From the NCBI GenBank assembly GCA_963825865.1, contig CAWGVG010000045.1:1-32435 (forward strand): a stretch of DNA of 32,435 nucleotides, read 5' to 3'. Within the stretch, counting starts at the first letter, position 1. Every line of letters starts with the position of its first letter. The notes below the pieces were generated by a model. That model searched no databases, was not told the DNA's origin, and worked only from the letters and a program-made list of their open reading frames with translations. The translations under genes and the position numbers were made by a program. Below are positions 1 through 9,037 of the stretch, piece by piece. This DNA comes from an uncultured Nitrososphaeraceae archaeon. Lineage in GTDB: Archaea > Thermoproteota > Nitrososphaeria > Nitrososphaerales > Nitrososphaeraceae.

Positions 1-330
1 CGCATTGATCTAGGAGATTCATTTGAAGACAAGCAGTGGAATGAACCTCTAATTCTCAGGTTCAATGGCAAAGAGTATAGGGTTTTCATACGAGTTAACA
101 AGGCGACACTGGAGATAAATTCTGACATTCAAGGGCCACATGACTTGAACATGAAGTCTAGTAGTAGCATCGAAATCGAGATTGCATTGCCTTTACCCCA
201 ACAAGGTCAGGATGATTATTATTATTTTAACCTAGAGGATAAGCTTCGGAATTACTACAGGATATACAAGATCGCCAAGTCTGGGATTGATTTTGCTCGT
301 TTAGATTGTGAGGTGGTGCTGGAGGAATGA
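1..330 (+). CDS. 5'-truncated ORF, probable C-terminal part of the GHKL-ATPase (B-type) module of a Topo VIII-like enzyme
   Basis: Frame 1 is open from base 1 to TGA 328-330 (RIDLGDSFEDKQWNEPLILRFNGKEYRVFIRVNK...IEIEIALP...). It overlaps the next ORF by ATGA. GHKL boxes are not visible and would lie upstream of the window, so the call rests on context. Confidence 0.45.
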   Translation, partial: RIDLGDSFEDKQWNEPLILRFNGKEYRVFIRVNKATLEINSDIQGPHDLNMKSSSSIEIEIALPLPQQGQDDYYYFNLEDKLRNYYRIYKIAKSGIDFARLDCEVVLEE

Positions 331-2287
331 ACAAGAAGAACCAGAGGCAAGATAGTGCTTATCATTACAAGAAAGGGGGATTCAAAGACCTCATTCAAAA
401 GCTTGCCAATAAATCAGATCTCATTGTATCAGACACGCTACAAACATTCAGAGAAGTCAGTTGCTTGTCCAAAAATTTCAAGCAGATGTCGATGGAAGAG
501 TTAAGCCAGAATCCAGAATTGATTGAAGCCGTCTTTATGGGTTTAAGAAATGGCATGCAACCACCATCTAAATTTCAATTGCCATACAATTGTTCAAAGG
601 CAGAACGATATCTTGAACTAATCGACCAGATTGAGGATTATTGTTCTGATCTTAAAAAAGGTGGCGGCATTAACAGGGAAAAAACAGTATGCAAAATCGT
701 TACGGGAATATATAAGGACGACCAAAGAGTATTTGGTTATGCTATTGAAGTTGTAGTAGCTCCATACAAAGACTACACGCTTGGAGATGGCGGCCATATA
801 GATTTCATCGGCTGTATCAATTCTACACCTTCTATAGATGGCGGCGAGTCGTATTTCCAAGGTGGACAGTATGAATGGTTTGACAACAAAGGTAATCTAA
901 AATCTGCAACAAGTGTTAGAGGAATTTTATCTAATTATGGCTTCGCCAGTTATTACTGGGAACAAAATAAATCAAAACGAAGAGTTCCATGCGTTTTTTA
1001 TATAAACTTGATATGTCCTGTTTTGGACTGGCTTGGTAGTGCTGGTAAAACCCATATTTACCTACATCCATTTGCAAGTGACATCGCAAAAGCTGTGTCT
1101 AGCGTGGCCTACAAAATGCCAACGTTTCGCGGCTATGATGATGGGACCAAAATTCGAGAAGATAGCAGTTATTACAAACCTTACGTATATACTGCAAAGG
1201 ATTACCTAGTAGACTTTCTAGAAGGTGAGGAAGAAAGCAGTCGAAGATAATCCGTCGCTGAAAGTTACAGATAGAATTACCCAGTCAACGGTATGGTATC
1301 GCATACGCCCTATAATGGTAGAGAATAACTTCCAGCCCCGTAAGACGTGGGGCATTACCAGGGAAACTCTTCAGAATGAGATTAACGAAACTTGTAGGGA
1401 ATTATGGCCTGATGAAGATATTCTACGCGAAGACCTCGGAATAATTGCATCTGCAAGGGCTACCATGTATTACAACGGTATATCGTATCCGGTTGGCATA
1501 GATAACATAAAAGATCTTGCAACAAATGGCGTTGTTGTTATTGTAATTGAAAAAGAGGGAATAGCGGACGTATTAACCAGTTTTGCTGACAAGTATGGAA
1601 TTGCGCTGGTTCACACGAAGGGACATTTTGTGGAATACTGCAAAGACCTTATAGAAGCAGTGGAAGAATCAGGCGGAAACGTCGCAACGCTGACAGATTA
1701 CGATGCAGTTGGAATTGAAATTGCAAAGGGCGCGAGAATACACATACCTAGAATTGGAGTAGATAGAGACACCGTAAGATATTTTCAAGAGCATTGCTTT
1801 CCAGATCTGACAGAAGAACAAGTTGAGGAAAGATATACACCTAAAATATCCACATATATACAATACCTAAAAACAAAACGCATAGAGTTGGACAGTATTG
1901 TTGCAGTAGTAGGTAATGAGGCTTTATGGAATTATATAATGTATAGGCTAAAGGAGCTATTTCCAGAAGGTGTAGACTACAACCGTGTCATATCGTCTAA
2001 TCCTGGAATCTTATCAGAAGTTTAATAGCTATATTGAAGAACATGTCCAGTCTCTGCTGACCGAAGAGCAGCAAAAGATAGAATCTGAGCTTGAAAACGT
2101 TGAAGGCTTTATCAATGTTGCAGATAAGCGCGAAGAGATTGACAAACGACTTGGAAAAATTGTAGAAAATGATTCTCATCTAAAAGAAATAGCTTCAAAG
2201 CTCGAAGAGATGGCCAAGAAGGTGGTTTATGATAATCCTCCTCCTGCTCCTACAAACTATGATACATGCAGGGAGAAGGGTGGCTAA
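327..2287 (+). CDS. Type IIB topoisomerase-like (Topo VIII-like) transducer + winged-helix + TOPRIM protein, in three frames (327-1250, 1225-2025, 1985-2287)
   Basis: Transducer-like INLICPVLDWLGSAGKT (cf. Topo VIB PYKSAGKE switch lysine). WHD-like TQSTVWYRIRP with a candidate catalytic Tyr. TOPRIM motifs VIEKEG, TKG, TDYDAVG (DxD) and RIELDSI. The short overlaps near 1225-1250 and 1985-2025 look like frameshifts. Confidence 0.7.
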
Positions 2288-2436
2288 AAGGGAGCAGTAT
2301 CATGCTCTGTAAATAATAGTCATTCAAAGACTGCAAATAGCATATTCTTGCATTACTCTTGCGAGTTAACAAGCGTACAACGTGATAACAATCTGAACAA
2401 TTATAATGTTGGGGGAGAATCGATAGATAAAGATAT

Positions 2437-3192
2437 TTGATTAATATCAAAAACGATTATGATACTGATGACATTCGGACTCAATTAAATTTCTCTGATG
2501 ATGATCTTCTTTATGATAAGAATAGTATCAATATTCTTTACGAGGGTATGGAGTTATTAGAAGAATTAAGGAAGCAATTTAAAAAGCACAATCCAAGAAA
2601 CATAGAAAGAAGAAATGGCATGTTAATTTTTGATTTAGTTACTAAATATTGTCAATATGCAGAAACATTAGGCGCAATAATAAACGGTTTTGAAGTATCA
2701 AACAAAAGTAAAAACCCCTCTTCAAGCATAGTATTAAGGTATTTGAAAAATTATGGAGTTGGTGAAGTCAAAGACTTTTTCAAAGAAATTTCTTCCCAAA
2801 ATTATGCGAATTTGACTGATATGCATAAACAAAAATTAATCTATGCTTTTGGCTATCACAAATCAAATAAGAACAACATGGATGAGATCATCGAACACAT
2901 CTTTAATCTCTTGAAAGAAATTGCAGGTGTATATTCCTTATTTGTAGAATCTTACAATGCTCATAAACATGGACATAGAGTGTGGTATGGATACGATTTA
3001 ACTACACAAAGAAGTAACTCTCTCCTTTACATTGAGAAAAAGAACAAGGATAACAATTACACTATGAACAAAGTGCCATTAGATGATAGTGTTAGTAACG
3101 ATTATATCATACCGTATTCAAAGGATTGTCAAAAACTTTTTGAGATGATATTAGAGAACAATAACAATATAAGAAGAAAAGGTCAAATTTGA
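2437..3192 (+). CDS. Hypothetical protein, 251 aa, possible HEPN-like fold
   Basis: Intact long ORF, apparently helical, with YNAHKHG resembling a variant of the HEPN Rx4H motif. The fold call is weak. Confidence 0.6.
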   Translation: MINIKNDYDTDDIRTQLNFSDDDLLYDKNSINILYEGMELLEELRKQFKKHNPRNIERRNGMLIFDLVTKYCQYAETLGAIINGFEVSNKSKNPSSSIVLRYLKNYGVGEVKDFFKEISSQNYANLTDMHKQKLIYAFGYHKSNKNNMDEIIEHIFNLLKEIAGVYSLFVESYNAHKHGHRVWYGYDLTTQRSNSLLYIEKKNKDNNYTMNKVPLDDSVSNDYIIPYSKDCQKLFEMILENNNNIRRKGQI

Positions 3193-3698
3193 CTATAAAT
3201 AATCGTTAATCATAACCAACCAGATAACCAACTAACCAAATTCTATTCTTCTTTTCTTTTCTGTTCTGCTCCAAATCTTCCAGCACTCTGTTCATAAAGC
3301 CTGGATACACTAGATCATTCCTAGATTGACTGGTAATACTCTTGTATCTTTGGGATATAGAGTAGGATAGTGTATTGTTTATCGCTCTCTTCAGATTGCA
3401 TGGAGATGGAATTATTATATCAAATAATTCTGCAAGTTTAATGGGCCTGATAAACTACTTACAGAATAACCTGTAGAATGGAGACGTTCAAAGACTGTTC
3501 TTTGTAGTAGTAGTAAAAGCAAAGATCCTGACTATGATTTAAAAAACTGATGTGTCGAATAACTGGAAATAATAGCCGATTGATCTTTGTCTTGTTATAC
3601 CATCTTGCTCATGAACATTATAGAGGATGCTTTTAGAAAGAATTGCAATAAATTTATCAGTGTGTGAGTGATTATATGCAATAACTGCAATAATAGGA

Positions 3699-4070
3699 AT
3701 GTACAAGGATTTTAATACACGTCTAACAAAATTGCAAGAGATTGCAAGTAAGCTCGAGAAAAGATCATCATCATCCATCTCAGATCAAAAGCATACACTG
3801 AGGAAGCTATTACAAGACTCTGATAACCTTGAGAGATTTTACAAGGATAAAGAATATAGAGAGCGCATATCTTCAGACCACTTTGAATTAGACCACCTAT
3901 ATGAGCAGGATAGAAGATTAAAGCAGAGATTGAACCTACCTGAGAACAGCACGATTAGGTTAGAGACGGTGAAGGGTTCGAATCGAAGTTATTGGCATGC
4001 CTATTTCTGGATTCCTCAATTAAAAAAGTTGAAGAAACGGTATATCGGAAAATCATTACCAATTTTATGA
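3699..4070 (+). CDS. DUF6788-like small basic protein
   Basis: C-terminal IRLETVK...YWHAYFW...KLKKRYIGK resembles the YYYAYW..KLKKKYIGK signature. The Cys knuckle is absent. Confidence 0.6.
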   Translation: MYKDFNTRLTKLQEIASKLEKRSSSSISDQKHTLRKLLQDSDNLERFYKDKEYRERISSDHFELDHLYEQDRRLKQRLNLPENSTIRLETVKGSNRSYWHAYFWIPQLKKLKKRYIGKSLPIL

Positions 4071-4083
4071 GATAACTCTCCAT

Positions 4084-4115
4084 TATCTACTATCTATCTA
4101 CACCTATCTATCTAC
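4084..4115 (+). repeat. Imperfect TATC microsatellite
   Basis: tatctactatctatctacacctatctatctac. Confidence 0.6.
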
Positions 4116-4122
4116 TGTGGTA

Positions 4123-4270
4123 TATGTAAAATAGTGCAACAAAATCGCATGATAGAGCATAGCTAACTTGCCAGCATCTTCCTGAGTTTATGTAAAATCA
4201 TGCAACAAAGTTGTATCATGGAGCGTGGTTCATTGACCATATTGTCAACGACGTATGTAAAAAATAACAA
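4123..4270 (+). repeat. Degenerate tandem repeat, period 65-66 bp (2 copies plus a partial third)
   Basis: tatgtaaaatagtgcaacaaa at 4123, tatgtaaaatcatgcaacaaa at 4189, tatgtaaaa at 4254. Copies 1 and 2 stay alignable for about 50 bp. Confidence 0.6.
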
Positions 4271-4321
4271 TCATAATAATAATATCGTAGACTCTGGTAA
4301 CGTTCACATCTGCGAGTCTAC

Positions 4322-4492
4322 CTATCTTCAGAGTATTCCGAATTAGAAAGAATATATGAACAGGATAGAAAGGTCAAAGAGAAATTAAATCTACCAGAGA
4401 ACAGCACAATAAAATATGAAAAGGTAAAGTGTTGTAAAGATTGCACGCTGGAAATCGTGCCTCCGCATGTTACTTGCAGATATTGCATATAA
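4322..4492 (+). pseudogene. Second DUF6788-like fragment, paralog of 3699-4070
   Basis: LSSEYSELERIYEQDRKVKEKLNLPENSTIKYEKVKCCKDC aligns with ISSDHFELDHLYEQDRRLKQRLNLPENSTIRLETVK. It has no start codon and the C-terminus diverges. Confidence 0.7.
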
Positions 4493-4616
4493 TCACGAAA
4501 CAAAGCTGAAGACTTTTTTGCATAAAAACATCACTGATTTTAAAGCCCGATCTTCTGAGTATAGAAAAAGAAAAATAGGATCGATGTTACTTTTGATCGG
4601 TAACATTAATTCCAGT

Positions 4617-4874
4617 TTAGGATATTTTTTCCTTACAACGGGTTAAGCCATTGTCATTGTTGTCCTTGGACACATTAGGAGACTTACATGAACGAATGGG
4701 CTCAGCATTCTCGTTACTAGTTCCGCCCTTATTTGCTAGTGCTCCTTGTTCTATCGTTGGTATGGCTATCAATCCTGCAATCAACATAACGCCTAACGCT
4801 ATAAAGATTGCAAGCATTCCTGTATTTGTTTGATTCATGAGAATATTACATAGAAGAATTTTCAAGTAACTCAT
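4617..4874 (-). CDS. Small secreted or membrane-anchored hypothetical protein (real start probably the internal MNQTNTG)
   Basis: Hydrophobic segment MLAIFIALGVMLIAGLIAIP followed by a polar tail with two Cys. Confidence 0.55.
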   Translation of the reverse strand: MSYLKILLCNILMNQTNTGMLAIFIALGVMLIAGLIAIPTIEQGALANKGGTSNENAEPIRSCKSPNVSKDNNDNGLTRCKEKIS

Positions 4875-5126
4875 TTAATCTCTCACTTCTGCTTTCTGTG
4901 CTCTATCCTCTTTGCTGTTTCCAAGGCTTGCAATATGCCTTCTGATATAGCAAACACGCTGGGCAATAGGATTGTCATAAGAGTCAATGAGTATTCCTTT
5001 CTGTCTAACTAATACCTTAGTTGACATCTGGCCAATATTCCAGACTCTATCTTGTGGAAAATATTGCAAAATCTCCATTGGTGGGTAGGTTTTGCCTTCG
5101 CTAGTTGGGGCAATAATTCCAACTCC
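4875..5126 (-). pseudogene. P-loop ATPase/helicase fragment, paralog of 29316-29840
   Basis: Extending the track ORF upstream in frame gives GVGIIAPTSEGKTYPPMEILQYFPQDRVWNIGQMSTKVLVRQ. This matches NIGISAPTSEGKTYTVLQTLQYFPSKDVKNIGSMSPKVIIRQ at about 29360-29490. Confidence 0.75.
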
Positions 5127-5152
5127 TCAGTTAGTTGATTTTCTCTGCCCTG

Positions 5153-5974
5153 TTATCGAATTATAAATATAACACCTACATTGGTAGTGACCTCTTGTTG
5201 TCCTGATATAATAGGAGTTGGTCTGGCTTCTGCTGCCTGCCAGTGATTGTTTTGCTAAGGGAATTGGAGTAGGAGGAAAAGGTGGTTGAATTGCAAACTC
5301 ATTAAGGTTAATTGACCTTACTCCTGCTACTTTCATACCAGCTGCAGAAGCAACAATATCAGCTTTTGCTCTTGCGCTTTCTATTGCTTGCTTTATGAGG
5401 TTATTTTTTGTCACTTCTAACTTTTTGTCAGATAACATAAAATCAATTCTGTCTACAGTATTTGCACCTGCTGCCTATAGCAGTATCAATCCATTTTGAT
5501 GTATTGTTTATGTTTGTGCTTTGTATTTGTATTGAGTTAGATACTGTAAATCCTATTATTGTTCTTGCACTAATATTTGCAGATTGTGAATAATTATAGT
5601 TTGGAGATATGCTAAATGATGACGTCCTAGTTTCATTATCTTTAACACCTGCTGTTTTTAATGCGTCAATAACTTTGTTCATTATTTTTGAATTTGCAGC
5701 TAATGCTTGCATTTGCTGTCTTGTTAGTTGTTTCAAGTCCTAAAGATACTGTCACTTTATCGGGTTTTACCATAGTAGTCGCAGTACCTGTGAGTGATAG
5801 AGTATTAGCATTAGTCGTAATATTTTGAGCTGGATTTAAGGTTTGTAGTTGTTGTTGTTGAGCAGATGCAGTAATAATACTTGAAAAAAACATACAAGCA
5901 AACAATCCAGAAAGTGAGAAACTCAACGCAATCAAAGTAAATTTTAGGAAACTGTAATTATTGTTTAAATGCAT
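5153..5974 (-). CDS. SIMPL (DUF541) domain secreted protein, frameshifted
   Basis: Signal/TM segment, then TLSLTGTATTMVKPDKVTVSLGLET, ALAANSKIMNKVIDALK, GFTVSNSIQI, IKQAIESARAKADIVASAAG and C-terminal PIISGQQEVTTNVGVIF, spread over several frames. Confidence 0.85.
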
Positions 5975-6834
5975 ATATGCAATATATATTGAGCAATATG
6001 AAATAAGTGTTATCATAAATTTGTTATATAGTACGATATGCGATATCAAAGTAGGCAACAACCTCCATATGCACTATATTCACTAACACAGGAAGTGAAC
6101 GAACTTACTTTAGACTATTACCTGTTGTCATCTAACGGACACAACATTTATGATGTTTTCAATCAACACCCTCCTTGAAGAATATTTCAAAGTTTCCTGG
6201 TGTATATCGTACTCACAGGCTAGAGCAAAAGAAGCTGATACATGTGGAGAATATAACACCATTGAAGTTACCGAAGCGAAGTATACCATATTGCGTTGCC
6301 AATGAGAATCGGAGCAGAATGAGATAGTTCTAATAAAAAATAGGAAGGGGTATTTTATGGGACTGAGCGCCCACAACCAGTTGGGGGTGACTCTACCGCT
6401 TTGGGGCCTGTAGCAGGAAGAATACTCATGAAAAACAACAATGCTAAAGAAGATAACAATATTGACCGATCATTATTATTATTAGATTCCGATTGTACAG
6501 AAGCAGTAAATACTTTGAGGATATTCCTCTACAAGTATACATAGGTTTAAGAAATTAAATATTTAAGACTCTATCACTATTAATATACTGGAATATATGG
6601 GCACAGCAATTTAAAGTAGAACAATAACATCTATCTCTTAACAATAAACTAAAGTTGTTGGTATAAATCCGATTTTTGTTTAACACTTTTTGCAGAACTC
6701 ATTTGTTTGTCTAAAGTATAGTCAAAAGAATCTTGTCCAGAGTAACAGATCTATTGATGCTAAAATCAGCTATGAGAGCATCTAAGAAGAATACTATCTA
6801 ATAACACATGCTCTCCTTATATATACAGCCAGTG

Positions 6835-7005
6835 CGCTTATGGATAGGACTTGCCTTAGGATTTAGAGGCACATCCTGAATTGATGACAGACTTGAGAAT
6901 TGCTACAGACTGATGAAGAGATGAGTTTATCGAAAAATGAGTATTCAATGGACTTGCTTGATAGTTTAAGGTTAGCCTTCGAATATATCGAACCATTGGA
7001 ATGAT
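6835..7005 (+). pseudogene. Probable C-terminal fragment of a terminase large subunit-like protein
   Basis: Fragmented reading HPE-LMTDLRIAT-DEEMSLSKNEYSMDLLDSLRLAFEY, like the acidic DxxD..R end of terminase RNase H domains. It is not in the ORF track. Confidence 0.4.
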
Positions 7006-7324
7006 GTTACTTTAGAAAGCAAGCAAGCCAAAGTTAAGTATCATAAAGAGATTTTCTTTCGTAATTACGCAATAGGTCTCTTCTATAACCAAAGACAAGT
7101 AAGGTCATTTTAATCGAGTTATTTAGATTACAAAAAACAACTATTTGATATGGCGTCAAATATGAGTGAATAAAAGTGGATCTCTTCTTCTCAAGCAGAT
7201 ACGAACCCCTTCTGATTTCATTTTAATATTGAAATTGACGTTATAACCGTAATTTATTTAACTTTGGTATAGATGCTTTATAATACGAGTCAAACAAGAA
7301 ATAGTATAATGAATTAGCATAATA

Positions 7325-7741
7325 TTATTGTGCGTAATATTCGTTATTGTTGTTGTCACTATTATTATTAATATGACATGAACCCATATCATGTAGTCTT
7401 GAAAATCTATTATAAATGAATCTCACTATGAGTTTTCCTCCCGGAAAATAATTAATTATTGGAGATATTATCTTCCCTCCAGATAGTATCGCTATCAATT
7501 CAAGTAGGGCCTCATATTGACTCTTTGCTTCTCCATTTGGGAAGAGAAGATGAAATGATTTGAAACGTAGAGCAGTAGAAATCTTATCAAGCAGACCTTG
7601 TTGATTAGCTATAGTTAGTGAGATAAAATCTATTTTCTCACCTTTGTCAAGGAAATCAACTACATGCATAAATCTAGTACATGGGCCGCAATTTGCATCG
7701 TATGCCAAAATATACTTTGATGACGAGGATTTAGCTTGCAT
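7325..7741 (-). CDS. DCC1-like thiol-disulfide oxidoreductase (DUF393)
   Basis: N-terminal YDANCGPC (DxxCxxC), SFHLL and a typical 138 aa length. Confidence 0.85.
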   Translation of the reverse strand: MQAKSSSSKYILAYDANCGPCTRFMHVVDFLDKGEKIDFISLTIANQQGLLDKISTALRFKSFHLLFPNGEAKSQYEALLELIAILSGGKIISPIINYFPGGKLIVRFIYNRFSRLHDMGSCHINNNSDNNNNEYYAQ

Positions 7742-7946
7742 TTGAGTGTCTTAACACCAGATAAAGAATAAAGGAGGCATGATAATGAATCATCAAAATT
7801 ATTGAGTGTCGCACATATGTACACATATGATGAGTTATAGAGGTTATATTAAACAGGCTCGGCTATTTTTGCAATCAAAAATGAAGGATGGAATCAGACT
7901 GGATAAGTCTTTTCAGAAACAAACAATAAAAATATTATATACTCAG

Positions 7947-8776
7947 CTAACGTTTTGGTCTAGTCTTTTGTTGAATGCTTGCTTTTAGTGCTTCAAGAAG
8001 GTTTTTGCTGATGTCTTCCTCATTTTCAGCTGATGCATTATGAAAAGTCTTCTTACCACTTGCTTTGGCATTTATTAGTTGTTCTAATTGCTTTGTATAC
8101 TCGTCAGAATATTCACTGATATCAAACTCTTTGCTTGTGAGGTTTTCTACCAATGTCTTTCCCAATGATAATTCTTTATTGTCAATTGGAGGTTGAGAAG
8201 AAGAAGTAGCTGCTGCTCCGGACATCTCTTCAACTTCATCTACTGGTTTTATCTCATCTATATAACGTAACTGATGCATTACAATTCCTCTTTGATATGC
8301 ACGGAGAGCAACAAGGTGTTCTCTATCTTTTAAGACAACTTTTCCTATTGCAACTTTATTGGTTTCACTAATCACTTTGGCAAATAGTGTATAAGCTTTG
8401 TCTATAACACCATTCTTCTTACTCTTTTCTGGTGCCACATAGTAGCTTTTCTCTATCAATATGGGGTCAAAATCCTTTGAGTTTATGAACTCCTTAATAT
8501 CAATACTTTGTGTAGTTTTTATTTTTATTTTTTCTAAATCCTCTTTCTCCACTACTACATAGTTGTCCTTGGATATCTGGTAACCCTTTTTTATTTCAGA
8601 CCCTGTAAATTCTTTATCCTCTACAGAACACCATTTTTTGTGTTGAATTCTATGGCCTTTGTTATCTAATTGATTAAAAGCAAAGTCCTTGCTATATCAG
8701 TAGCTGTATAGAGTCTTACTGGAATATTAACAAGCCCAAACGATATACTTCCTTTCCAAATACTTCTAGAGGTCAT
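7947..8776 (-). CDS. ku: Ku protein (prokaryotic NHEJ), one frameshift near 8695
   Basis: ATG at 8776 gives MTSRSIWKGSISFGLVNIPVRLYTAT. A shifted frame gives FNQLD...RIQHKKWC...EIKKGY, which runs into the track ORF (IDIKEF, SYYVAP, AYTLF, EYSDEY, NLLEALKAS). Confidence 0.95.
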
Positions 8777-9037
8777 TCTTAATCAAGTTTTTATTGTTGT
8801 GCTATTGATTTAATAGCTTGAAAAAAATTAACTAATGACTTTCACTATAACCATTCATGATAATAATAGGGGATCACAATTCTATTGTATTTATTTATAT
8901 TTGAATAGTTACTCTAAGCCTTCCAATATGAGGTTATGTTATCATTCCAGACAAGATTCTTTATTGGAAAGCTTGAACCACCTATATCTGACTTACACTA
9001 ACCTAGCTAGAATATACATCATTTTGGTGAAAAAGAT

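Noticed and set aside
1-2287. Canonical chromosomal Topo VI (top6B/top6A) or Wadjet JetD
   Set aside because: The motifs are divergent, the transducer appears joined to the A-type domains, and no SMC/JetABC genes occur in the window.
4123-4270. CRISPR array (the 66-bp period is CRISPR-like)
   Set aside because: Only about 2.3 degenerate units, similarity continues through the would-be spacer, and no cas genes are present.
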